From the IMG/VR virus record IMGVR_UViG_2579778919_000006, positions 1 through 42,066 of that record: a stretch of 42,066 bases of DNA. One strand, written 5' to 3'. The notes under the pieces were generated by a model that worked only from the letters and a program-made list of their open reading frames with translations, did no database searches and was not told the origin of the DNA. Position 1 is the first letter of the stretch, and each line of letters opens with the position of its first letter. Position numbers and translations under genes: made by a program. Shown here piece by piece: positions 28,643-37,248 of the stretch. The stretch comes from a virus (taxonomy: Duplodnaviria; Heunggongvirae; Uroviricota; Caudoviricetes).

Positions 28643-29593
28643 ATGATTTTTATTAAAAACGGCAATAGCTTTGATCGCATTAATGACTGGACAGAAATTC
28701 AAGCTCGGGAAAGCTATCATTCCAGGCTGGAACTGACCGATCAACAATTATCCGATGTTTTTGGTTATTATGATGACCTCCCGGAAGAAATCCCGTGTGG
28801 CAAGTCGAGCTGTCGAACAGGCCATAAAAAAGGGTTTCTTGTTCTTACTGAGGATGGTCTGGAGACGAACCTGGGTCACGTTTGCGGTACAAAAGTCTTC
28901 GGTATAGCATTTGAAAACCTAGCCACTGACCTCGAGAAAAAGGCAAATTTCCACAGATATCTAACAGCCCTCAAGGAAGCCAAGAAAAATATTTTTCTCC
29001 ATTACCAAGCAAAAGCCAAAATCGAAGCCAGTGAACCATCATTAGAATGGGTCGCACATAAAATTTTAGATTTAAGAGATTCTAAAGTAGTTGGCCGAGC
29101 CGGGAGTCAAGCTTTGAAACGTATGGCTGCTTTAGGAGATGGAAAAGTTTTACTTCCCAGAAGGAAAACCAAGGAAGAAATGCAGTTGTCGAATGTTATG
29201 TCTCAAAAACCTTCCGATAACGAAGATGAAAATGCTGAGGATAATGTAAAACCACAATTCATCGACGAAGTAATTGGCATTGTTCGTAATCCTGAATGCC
29301 TCCTCAACGATTATAACATAGCGCTAATCTTCGAAAGAGATATTCGCCTTGTGCTGGAAGAACTCAATAATTGCAATCCTGACGATATTCCTGAGAAGAA
29401 GGTCATGTCATTAGGATTAAAAGTTTCCAGGCTGAATGAAAGATTTCAATTCCTTCAGGATCGTTTTGAGAAAGCATGTATATATCTCACAAAGGAAAAC
29501 TTTAAACCTTTAAATCATCAACTACATTTGAAAAAATCAATTAGCAATAAAGATAAGGCCCTTTTCAGTTCTTTCGTTAACTCGCTGCCATAA
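28643..29593 (+). CDS. hypothetical 316-aa protein, AT-rich cargo gene antisense in the late leader
   Basis: ATG-initiated ORF, by eye clearly more A+T-rich than the flanks; Lys/Glu-rich helical protein with a Cys/His cluster (PCGKSSCRTGH...HVCG); hairpin terminator at its 3' end. Confidence 0.5.
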   Translation: MIFIKNGNSFDRINDWTEIQARESYHSRLELTDQQLSDVFGYYDDLPEEIPCGKSSCRTGHKKGFLVLTEDGLETNLGHVCGTKVFGIAFENLATDLEKKANFHRYLTALKEAKKNIFLHYQAKAKIEASEPSLEWVAHKILDLRDSKVVGRAGSQALKRMAALGDGKVLLPRRKTKEEMQLSNVMSQKPSDNEDENAEDNVKPQFIDEVIGIVRNPECLLNDYNIALIFERDIRLVLEELNNCNPDDIPEKKVMSLGLKVSRLNERFQFLQDRFEKACIYLTKENFKPLNHQLHLKKSISNKDKALFSSFVNSLP

Positions 29594-29619
29594 AAAAGCC
29601 CCGCAAGGGGCTTATTGTT
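29592..29619. terminator. bidirectional hairpin terminator
   Basis: stem agcccc-gcaa-ggggct; strong T-run on the minus strand (candidate tR'), weaker T-rich tail on the plus strand. Confidence 0.6.
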
Positions 29620-29701
29620 GAAATCTTTCAGGCGTTACTCCGCATGATTAGAAGCATACACGACAACTTCGGACAAAATCAAGCCTTATGTCGTAATAAT
29701 G

Positions 29702-30538
29702 CTAAATTTCGTCACCTTCTTCGCCTAAACTGGTTGCAGATTGAAATTCTCTTGCGGCGTTTCCCTCCTCCTGCTGACAAATGCTTACCAGCGCCTCAAG
29801 AAACGGTTTCCAGTTGCGAGTCCATGTTCTGACGTGCAGATCCGGAACGCGCTTCAGTATCACTTTATAGGCTGCGGTAGACGGCACCGCAGAAAATCCA
29901 TTTCCGCTGCAGCGCTCGCAGGTTTTAAACACCGGCGCGCCGCGCTCGCTTGTGGCCTTGCGGTCTAGAACCTCGCCTTTACCGCCACAGCGACAACGGG
30001 CGCTTATCGTTCCCTTGCCATCACAGGCATCACAAACTGCTGGCACAATCTCCGTGACCTCTGTCCATTTCTCCCAGTCTGACGGGCGAACAGCACGGGA
30101 GCGGCTGGCCCAGTATGGAGCTTTACCCCATGGGTACGAAACCTTGCGGGTAATCTGTTCGCGGGTTGTTCGTCCGGTACCACTGCAGCTGTGACACGTC
30201 ACGCTTGTAGCCGCCGAACGTGAATAATCAGCAAAGGCAAATTGTGCCAACATCTGCATGCACCATCCGAACTGCCCACCAGCTGCTTTGCGAACATTCT
30301 TCGGTGCGACATCCATCGCATATCGCGCCAGCGCCTGAACTGCGAGCTGTTCATCCGTTTTGCTGATTCCCGCTTTACCGAAGAACGCCGCCAGTCCGAA
30401 GCGCGCACGGCTGCTGGTGGTGCCAATTGCCGCCATTACATCTGTTCCTGTAAGGCGGTCCGGAGAGGTTCCTTTCACGTCGTCGCTGATGTGCACACCC
30501 TGAGGGCTAAAGTGTTTTAGTGATGCTTCCAACTTCAT
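29702..30538 (-). CDS. putative late-gene antiterminator (Q-position protein) with four CxxCxGxG zinc-finger repeats
   Basis: position between replication genes and the late/lysis region; CHSCSGTG, CDACDGKG, CRCGGKG, CERCSGNG repeats; start re-set from GTG to ATG with ATGA coupling to the upstream ORF; family assignment uncertain. Confidence 0.45.
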   Translation of the reverse strand: MKLEASLKHFSPQGVHISDDVKGTSPDRLTGTDVMAAIGTTSSRARFGLAAFFGKAGISKTDEQLAVQALARYAMDVAPKNVRKAAGGQFGWCMQMLAQFAFADYSRSAATSVTCHSCSGTGRTTREQITRKVSYPWGKAPYWASRSRAVRPSDWEKWTEVTEIVPAVCDACDGKGTISARCRCGGKGEVLDRKATSERGAPVFKTCERCSGNGFSAVPSTAAYKVILKRVPDLHVRTWTRNWKPFLEALVSICQQEEGNAAREFQSATSLGEEGDEI

Positions 30539-30846
30539 TGAATGGTTTCCCACTTTTCAGCAGTGCCAAACCAGCCAGGGTGCGCCCACTGGACATCAGT
30601 CACTTTATCGCCGTTACCCCACAGCGTCAGAACACGCATAGCAACGTAGTGCATAAGGATTTTTTCATGCTCTCGCCACTCATCATCAGGAGTGTCTTCA
30701 ACAAATTCAGCGATGGCGTCAGCAATAAGACCGAAACACTCAGGAAAATCACTATGACCGATTGCGATGTCTTTTGCCGTTTCCTGAAGCTCCATAAAAC
30801 GCTGCTTGGTAAAGAGATACGACATTTCTCTAATTAGGCGATCCAT
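30535..30846 (-). CDS. hypothetical protein
   Basis: about 103 aa from the ATG for MDRLIREM; coupled between primase-helicase and the Q-like gene. Confidence 0.4.
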   Translation of the reverse strand: MDRLIREMSYLFTKQRFMELQETAKDIAIGHSDFPECFGLIADAIAEFVEDTPDDEWREHEKILMHYVAMRVLTLWGNGDKVTDVQWAHPGWFGTAEKWETIQ

Positions 30847-30847
30847 T

Positions 30848-32719
30848 TTAATACCTCGTTGCGTTGGTGGCTTCCCACTCAATATCAAGTTCACTTTGCT
30901 GTTTGCCGGCCAAGTAATTGAAGGGCCCTTTATCACCCTCGATAAACTGGTGTGAGCGGGAATCAAAGTTAGCCCCTATGTCTCCGATCCAGCCTTCCCC
31001 TTCACGTTGTTTCAACAGGCGGATCATCGAAGCGGGCATTTGGATAGCAGTCTGTTCGTCCTTATCAAGGCTCTCATACCCCATTCTTTCAGCTTTGCGC
31101 TGCGCCAGTTCGCGCGGGATATTACGCCAGACCGCCATAACGTTGTCGGGCATGTCAGTTAAAGCGCCAGTGCCTTTAACATCCATTTTCCCTGTTGGTG
31201 CAGCTTCGTTTGTTTTTCTGGCATGCGTTACCAGCAGAACATGGCAGTTGTGCTCGTTTTTAAAGTCGCAGAGGGTATCGATAAATTCTTTTTGTCCACC
31301 GTAGTCCTCCTCATCGAGTCCACATTTTGCCAAGTTGTCGATAACGAAAAGATCGATTCCATAGCGGCGTCTGGCATAGGCAAATATTTCCAACAGTCGA
31401 TCGGCCTTGGCTGTTCCGGTGAGTTTGAACACCCAAAGACGATCAGAAAACCACTCGTTAGTCATGATGATTTCAGTACGTTCTGGGTTTTTTCTACAAA
31501 TGGTTTGCCGGGTAAGACGAGCCAACATTTTCCCAGGCTTAAGCTCCAGCGAGGCAATGCATACCCGGACTCCCTGGCTCATGGCATTGACGGCGATATG
31601 TCCCACCAGCTCGGTTTTTCCGTGGCCGTTTACTCCGTTAACCAGCGTCAGCTCTCCGGCGCGGAATTTGAAATTACTGTTCAGCGAATCCCACGGGCTG
31701 GAAAATAATCCAACATCTCGATGCTCGAATGCATCCAGTGTTTCCTGAAGGAGATCACCCGCAGAGCAGAGTTCATCAGGGTCGAAGAATTTAGCGGTCC
31801 CCAAGTAGTGCCAGATTTCATCCTCGCTCATCCCGGAGGTCAGACATTCATTGATATCTTTGTGCGGCAGCTCTACCAGGCGGCAACGATGCTCCCCCAG
31901 GCGACGAGCAATTTCTTTTGCGGCTTCGCGCCCTACATCATCGTTATCGAGGCTTAACCAAATTTCTTCGAATCGGTCGAGGTTGTGATACTCGTATTCG
32001 ATCCATTGCTGTTTGGCCCCTTTTCCACCGCCGAACGGTACCGATAGAGCACTGATACCGAATTGCGAGTAGGTCATACAGTCAATCTCTCCTTCGCAAA
32101 GCACAACAGCGCGAGCTTTCGCGTCCATAGCCTGCCAGCCAAACAGACATGGCTCGCAATCAGCTTCAGCCATGATCAACTTTTTGCCATTTGGTCGTTC
32201 AGTGCCGATTCGCTTTACCTGCAAAAGCTCACCGTTGCGAAGATACGGAAACGCCACTGCCGGAATTTCGCGGTTTTCATCGTGGTACCAGACGACTGCG
32301 TCCGAAACACGGAATTGATCAGCTGTCTCTCGGGTGATGCCACGGGAAGAGAGGTAGTCGTAGCAATGGCTCGCCTTTTTAACGCCTTTTTTGGTTGGCC
32401 GTGAGAAGGTTTTTTTCTTCGCCTCGAAGTGGTTATCGTCGTCCTTCAGCCCAAGGAACTCTTTCGCTTCCCGCATAGCGTCGTGCAGCTGGCAGTTACG
32501 CACCAGCACCCAAAGATCAAGCAGGTCTCCGCTGTCGCCGCTTGCAAAATCTGCCCAAGTCTTCTTACCACCGAGATTAATTTTCAGGCTCTTACCGGCA
32601 TCACCATTGGTATTACCAGCGCACCACTCCTTGCCCTCGAGGTGTCCTCGTGGAAGCAGGTATTTCGCAACTCTTTCGGCGTTGTCCCACAATTTTTCAG
32701 ATAACTCAGCAGGGGTCAT
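30848..32719 (-). CDS. bifunctional DNA primase / DnaB-like helicase
   Basis: Toprim-like central region (LCEGEIDCMTY, DNDDVGREAA) and C-terminal P-loop NTPase (GVNGHGKT, LFVIDNL); start re-set to the ATG with GGAG Shine-Dalgarno. Confidence 0.8.
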   Translation of the reverse strand: MTPAELSEKLWDNAERVAKYLLPRGHLEGKEWCAGNTNGDAGKSLKINLGGKKTWADFASGDSGDLLDLWVLVRNCQLHDAMREAKEFLGLKDDDNHFEAKKKTFSRPTKKGVKKASHCYDYLSSRGITRETADQFRVSDAVVWYHDENREIPAVAFPYLRNGELLQVKRIGTERPNGKKLIMAEADCEPCLFGWQAMDAKARAVVLCEGEIDCMTYSQFGISALSVPFGGGKGAKQQWIEYEYHNLDRFEEIWLSLDNDDVGREAAKEIARRLGEHRCRLVELPHKDINECLTSGMSEDEIWHYLGTAKFFDPDELCSAGDLLQETLDAFEHRDVGLFSSPWDSLNSNFKFRAGELTLVNGVNGHGKTELVGHIAVNAMSQGVRVCIASLELKPGKMLARLTRQTICRKNPERTEIIMTNEWFSDRLWVFKLTGTAKADRLLEIFAYARRRYGIDLFVIDNLAKCGLDEEDYGGQKEFIDTLCDFKNEHNCHVLLVTHARKTNEAAPTGKMDVKGTGALTDMPDNVMAVWRNIPRELAQRKAERMGYESLDKDEQTAIQMPASMIRLLKQREGEGWIGDIGANFDSRSHQFIEGDKGPFNYLAGKQQSELDIEWEATNATRY

Positions 32720-32822
32720 CACACACTCCGTAAATCGAATTTTATAAAGCACATAGTCACGAATTCCTCACGCAAAAAGCCGCGGTTATAGCCAGCAACC
32801 AGTAGACGTTTGAGGATTCTTT

Positions 32823-33833
32823 TCATGGGCGGTTAGCTCCGCGCTTCATGCGGTCAATGGCTGCCTGGCTGATAAATACCTCAGCCGAACCGTCACTTGG
32901 TTTTGCGAACCAGGAAGCACCTGTCCCACCGATGGCGTTTGCGCTTGCGGATATCTGAGGAGCTCCATTTGGTTTTTCATCGTTCCAGCGCTCTCCGTTC
33001 AGGTATGACGCTGGCAGGAGTTTGTCGAACCCCATTTGCTGTGTTTTCACCCGGAGGCTGATATCTTCAGCCAGCATAACGGCGAAGTTCTCAGGCGTAC
33101 CTCGGTTCGCTTTTTTCCAGTCGCGATATTTGGTCCTGAACGCTGACTTAGCCTTGACCTTGGCATCCTTCCTCAGTCCAGCCCCCCAAAAAATATTTTC
33201 GAAAGCGGCATCGACTGGATCTGGGCTCTCAGCATCATCAGATTTTGAATCAGGTTTCCCCTGTGCAGGTTGACCTTTCAACTCGTCAGGTTTATCGCCA
33301 TCGGTCCGATTCGAATCGGACAAATTAGTTTTATTCCTTTCCTCTTCCCTTCCCTTCCTTTCCTTTCCGTCAGTGAGTTCTTCGTGAGCATTCAGTGAGT
33401 CCTCAGTGTTAGCTCCATTGCTTGTATGTGAATCATGAGTTTGTTTTTCATCATTACTCACTGAGCCATCCATGTAATTCGGTGCTGGTTTCCGTGAGTT
33501 ATCAGCAACGTCTTCAGGAGTAGGTATTGTTGTTGCGGATGGTCGGTTAATTTTCTGGTGTTTAGAAAAACCATCAATGTGAATATATTCAACACCACTC
33601 ACTGAATACTCACTGATTAACCCAGCCTGGCTAAGTTCTTTAATTAACGGCTCGCAGTCGATCATGTCCGCAGGGAAAATCTGCATCTTGATACGCTTCG
33701 GGGAGCGCACCAGATTGCCTTTGTCGTCGGCAAAATTGAACATGCCGATAAACATTAGGCGCGCCTCAAATGAGCACTCGACAATCTTCTCATCAGTCCA
33801 GAACTCAGGTTTAATTGTTCTAATGCGTGCCAT
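32823..33833 (-). CDS. putative replication initiator (O-position protein)
   Basis: position upstream of primase-helicase; N-terminal MARIRTIKPEFW domain; acidic low-complexity middle whose DNA carries iteron-like repeats. Confidence 0.45.
   Translation of the reverse strand: MARIRTIKPEFWTDEKIVECSFEARLMFIGMFNFADDKGNLVRSPKRIKMQIFPADMIDCEPLIKELSQAGLISEYSVSGVEYIHIDGFSKHQKINRPSATTIPTPEDVADNSRKPAPNYMDGSVSNDEKQTHDSHTSNGANTEDSLNAHEELTDGKERKGREEERNKTNLSDSNRTDGDKPDELKGQPAQGKPDSKSDDAESPDPVDAAFENIFWGAGLRKDAKVKAKSAFRTKYRDWKKANRGTPENFAVMLAEDISLRVKTQQMGFDKLLPASYLNGERWNDEKPNGAPQISASANAIGGTGASWFAKPSDGSAEVFISQAAIDRMKRGANRP
33335..33616. repeat. iteron-like repeats (ACTCACTGA / TCAGTGAGT) plus a polypyrimidine tract; candidate replication origin
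   Basis: copies at about 33369, 33391, 33456, 33596 and 33608; CT-rich tract at 33335-33367; all inside the putative initiator gene, as lambda ori lies inside O. Confidence 0.5.
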
Positions 33834-34187
33834 CTATCAGCCCTCCATCAGCACAAATAACCTCACTTACATCAGGCTTTGACTGGAATTTGGCATCAAC
33901 TAGGGAAGCCTTGCGCGCATTGCAGGAATCACACAAACATTGCATGTTGTCTGGGTGGTGAGCACCACCGTTACGTCGCGATACAATGTGATCTGCGACC
34001 AATTTAATGCGGTCTTGACTGCCACAATGACGGCATTTGAAACCGTCGCGCCAAAGAACAAATTCGCGTAGTGCGCGATGGCAAGGTACGCGCATTTTCA
34101 GGCGACCTTTGATCGTGGGCACTTTCCATTTGTTGCCGTTCTGGTCTAACCAAAACTCAGACGGCACCTTTCCGTAATCACGCATTT
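33820..34187 (-). CDS. HNH endonuclease
   Basis: CRHCGS...DHIVSRRNGGAHHPDNMQCLCDSCNARK motif; start re-set to the ATG for MRDYGKV. Confidence 0.75.
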
Positions 34188-34399
34188 TGCGCCTCCGAGA
34201 CCTTCGTAAAATATTGTTGGAACTTCCAGACAGGCTGCATACATTCATGCGGATAATTCTGCCTGGTGAAGTACACCTGCTGTTTATCCCGATTCCAGCC
34301 GGTGACATGCACAATCACACCGCGCGGATCGCGATAATCGATATCCAATGGCTTAACTTGGTTTTCGGTAGTGATTGAGTGCGACATATCACACCTCAC
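34178..34399 (-). CDS. hypothetical small protein in the cII position
   Basis: 73 aa; ATGA start/stop overlap with the Cro-like gene. Confidence 0.4.
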   Translation of the reverse strand: MRCDMSHSITTENQVKPLDIDYRDPRGVIVHVTGWNRDKQQVYFTRQNYPHECMQPVWKFQQYFTKVSEAQNA

Positions 34400-34623
34400 A
34401 CCTCATTTCCCGGATGAGGGAATGTGTCTGGAAGGTCTGGGCGGATCTGGTAGGCTTTAACTTCGCCACCAGTAGCTTTAACAATGGACATGACATGATC
34501 AGCCTTAACCCGGCTACCATTAAGCCAGCGAAAAACAGCTGGTTGAGTAACCCCACAAGCCCTTGCTAATGCAGCTTGTCCGCCGAGAATATCGATAGCT
34601 CTCTTGACATGTTGATTGATCAT
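34396..34623 (-). CDS. cro: Cro-like HTH regulator
   Basis: 75 aa from the ATG for MINQHVKRAIDILGGQAALARACGVTQPAVFRWL; divergent from the cI-like gene. Confidence 0.7.
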   Translation of the reverse strand: MINQHVKRAIDILGGQAALARACGVTQPAVFRWLNGSRVKADHVMSIVKATGGEVKAYQIRPDLPDTFPHPGNEV

Positions 34624-34732
34624 AAAAATACCAAAAGTTATTGAACACAAGGAAAGAGTATAACCTTGAATAACTTTATGCAATAACTTATCGTATTTGC
34701 CACTTAATAACTTTTTGTATAGGCTTATTGGT
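34624..34732. promoter_or_regulatory. immunity-region operator/promoter with repeated AATAACTT motifs
   Basis: three direct copies of AATAACTT (34669, 34682, 34706) and one inverted copy (34636-34643) between divergent cro-like and cI-like starts. Confidence 0.5.
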
Positions 34733-35431
34733 ATGAACACATTCTCAGATCGTCTTCAAAAAGCGATGGTTGACGCTGGCCTTACACAGGCAGAATTAGC
34801 GATGAAAGTTGGGGTTTCGCAACCAGCTATCTGGCGCCTTGTTGCAGGCAAAACCAACACAACACGTAAGCTGGTTGAGATTGCGAATGCGCTGGGTGTA
34901 AGCCCTGAATGGCTTTCTACCGGGAAAAATCATGTACCCCACAGACAGGGGTATGTGATAGAGACTATGCCCGACAGGGAAGTAAAGGATAACGCTGGCA
35001 TATTCAGGGTCGAAGTTCTTGACCTTTCGGTGAGTGCTGGGCCTGGCACGTTTATGCTTTCAGAATATGTTGAGGTTTTACATGCTATAGAGTTCACTAC
35101 TGAACACGCAAAATCCCTTTTTGGAAATCGTAGTGAAGATGTCGTAAAAGTAATGACAGTCAATGGCGACAGCATGGCCAGCACATTCAATTCCGGTGAT
35201 CGTGTCTTCGTTGACATTTCCGTCCGACACTTTCTAACAGATGGTGTATATGTCTTTGTTTTTGGTAAAACATTTCACCTAAAACGACTCCAGATGCAGG
35301 GAAACAGGCTAGCAGTGTTATCGGATAACCCAGCATATGAGAAATGGTATATCACGGAAGAAAACCAGGATGACCTTTACGTGATGGGTAAAGCCATAAT
35401 GCACGAATCAATCAATTACAATAGGCTCTAA
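34733..35431 (+). CDS. cI: CI-like repressor (HTH plus S24 LexA-like peptidase domain)
   Basis: N-terminal HTH (LTQAELAMKVGVSQPAIWRL), Ala-Gly in the linker (SAGPG), GDSM serine motif and KR lysine motif. Confidence 0.85.
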   Translation: MNTFSDRLQKAMVDAGLTQAELAMKVGVSQPAIWRLVAGKTNTTRKLVEIANALGVSPEWLSTGKNHVPHRQGYVIETMPDREVKDNAGIFRVEVLDLSVSAGPGTFMLSEYVEVLHAIEFTTEHAKSLFGNRSEDVVKVMTVNGDSMASTFNSGDRVFVDISVRHFLTDGVYVFVFGKTFHLKRLQMQGNRLAVLSDNPAYEKWYITEENQDDLYVMGKAIMHESINYNRL

Positions 35432-35452
35432 CCTTCAACACCACACCTTTTG

Positions 35453-35478
35453 AAGCCGCTGAAAAGCGGCTTTTTCTT
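35453..35478 (+). terminator. intrinsic terminator after cI
   Basis: perfect 7-bp stem agccgct-gaaa-agcggct followed by TTTTTCTTT. Confidence 0.7.
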
Positions 35479-35559
35479 TATCAATAGCTGTATACATGCA
35501 GTAAAACAATAAAATTTAATCAGAAAAATCAATGCATTAAACCAAATTGCAAAATAAAA

Positions 35560-35592
35560 ATAAGTTTTGTTATTGCAATAAGTTATTGCGTG
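35560..35592. promoter_or_regulatory. operator-like palindrome (putative OL)
   Basis: perfect palindrome TTATTGCAATAA (35570-35581) and AAGTTATTG, the 9-mer also found in the cro/cI intergenic region. Confidence 0.4.
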
Positions 35593-35632
35593 ACTTAAAG
35601 TTCATTCATCGGCAAACAACGGAGCCAATGAA

Positions 35633-36064
35633 ATGAATACTCAAATCACCGTAGCCAAAACCATCGGCAAAAGAATATTAAATCAAAGATCTTCGCTTCG
35701 ACTCTCTCAGGATTTTTTGGCTGATCATCTTGGTTTAACAACCGAAACCATTAACAACTGGGAAACGGAAAAAACAGTTCCGTTTGCTGACCAGTTAATC
35801 CAATTGGCTAACATTCTTCATTCTGATGTTCTGTGGCTCATTTCAGGCAACGAGCAGTGCGGTGAATTTACAGAACCAACAAGTATTATAACGTCCAATC
35901 AACTTAACTCATGGTCTGCTGATATTGGCAATTGCAGAATGGCTTTATCTAACGCTATGGATTGCATGCCTCCGGAATTGTCGGCTATCGGTACACTAAC
36001 TATCGTTTATGAAAAATTAGACGACTTGCAAGAAACCATCTGCAAGCAAGCCGACAAAATTTAA
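35633..36064 (+). CDS. XRE-family HTH protein
   Basis: HTH segment LSQDFLADHLGLTTETINNWE; C-terminal 60 aa unassigned and contains Cys-Gly (NEQCGEF); by eye A+T-rich. Confidence 0.6.
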   Translation: MNTQITVAKTIGKRILNQRSSLRLSQDFLADHLGLTTETINNWETEKTVPFADQLIQLANILHSDVLWLISGNEQCGEFTEPTSIITSNQLNSWSADIGNCRMALSNAMDCMPPELSAIGTLTIVYEKLDDLQETICKQADKI

Positions 36065-36124
36065 AATTAATTAACATTATTTAATTAACACCTTTCTTGG
36101 TGGGGACAAACTCACCCTTAGGAA

Positions 36125-36517
36125 ATGAAAATGCAAAATTCCGTCGCAATTAATCAGCCAGTTAAAACACCTCAAATGCTGTTCGGATCTGACAACATTA
36201 ATGACTTTGGCAACCGCGTTCAAAGCTGCCGGATGGAAGGTGATTCAATGCAGCCGACCATAGAACCATGTGAGGTTGTGGCTTTCGTTGATTGCGGTGG
36301 ACGTGCGCTTACCTCTGGCATTTATGTTTACACAATGGATGCTTTTGGTCGCCCATGCCTTTTCATTAAGAGAATCGAGCCATTAGCTGATGGCTCATTA
36401 AAAATCATCTCAGATAACCATCATTACGAAACTTTCACCCTCAACACCAATGAACAGAAAGAAATCAAAATTCACGGTCGGGTAGTCGCTTCTTTGGCTG
36501 TGAGGCGCTTCGTATGA
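36125..36517 (+). CDS. stand-alone S24 (LexA/UmuD-like) peptidase domain protein
   Basis: MEGDSMQPTI serine motif and FIKRI lysine motif, no HTH domain; AGGAAA Shine-Dalgarno. Confidence 0.6.
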   Translation: MKMQNSVAINQPVKTPQMLFGSDNINDFGNRVQSCRMEGDSMQPTIEPCEVVAFVDCGGRALTSGIYVYTMDAFGRPCLFIKRIEPLADGSLKIISDNHHYETFTLNTNEQKEIKIHGRVVASLAVRRFV

Positions 36518-36623
36518 CTTTCATCAAGGATAAGACGGCATACAGAACAGCATGCCTTTATGCAGCCTGCGGTTACGAGGTAATCGCTCGTCTTTATCTT
36601 AAAAAAGCATATGGTCGTTAATT

Positions 36624-36848
36624 ATGGGTGTTTTAAAAAGACAGGATATTCAGGAAGTGAATATCAAAGCGGAGAAGTTGTCAGGCTTGACGCAAGCATT
36701 ATTTGAATATCACGACAAACTGGACCATTTCCAACTTAAAACTATTTGCTCTCTTGTTTATGACATTGCTGGAGAAATTAATGATTGGACCGAAAAAGAA
36801 GAGGAAATTGTTATGAGCTTAGAGGAGGAGGTTCGCCGCAATGGATAA
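36624..36848 (+). CDS. hypothetical small protein
   Basis: 74-aa ORF in the rightward early operon; no family recognised. Confidence 0.35.
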   Translation: MGVLKRQDIQEVNIKAEKLSGLTQALFEYHDKLDHFQLKTICSLVYDIAGEINDWTEKEEEIVMSLEEEVRRNG

Positions 36849-37248
36849 ATTAATCGAGACATATCGCCGCCGAATTTTAAAGGCAGCGTTATTACGCCAC
36901 CAGCGTAAAACGGGCAGTAACTGCCTTGTTATTAAGCTCAATAAAGGCGGTATTAACACGGTCGAGTTAACAGAGATTCTTCTCGATGGATTATTACGAA
37001 AATTCGAAAGGCTCGCGATCAGTGAGTACGGAAATGTCGAAGGTGTAAAAGCTATTAAGGGGATTTACAGCAGCTCTGTTGATGTTAATGGCAGCGGTGA
37101 ATTCCTCACAAATAGCGGGAAGGAGTTAATCGACGAGCTCATTTCTGAGCTGGTTGAGTTCGTCAAAAAACAAAAAGTGGAGGCTCCGAAAACGGAGGGT
37201 CATGAAATGGAGGAATCTGATGGCTCTTACAGCGATACGAATTCCTGA
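36841..37248 (+). CDS. hypothetical protein
   Basis: 135-aa ORF; overlapping start with the previous gene; no family recognised. Confidence 0.4.
   Translation: MDKLIETYRRRILKAALLRHQRKTGSNCLVIKLNKGGINTVELTEILLDGLLRKFERLAISEYGNVEGVKAIKGIYSSSVDVNGSGEFLTNSGKELIDELISELVEFVKKQKVEAPKTEGHEMEESDGSYSDTNS

Noticed and set aside
35487-35503. LexA-box-like palindrome CTGTATACATGCAG downstream of the cI terminator
   Set aside because: Spacing is CTG-N8-CAG instead of CTGT-N8-ACAG, so it does not fit the LexA consensus; more likely part of a promoter or other palindrome.
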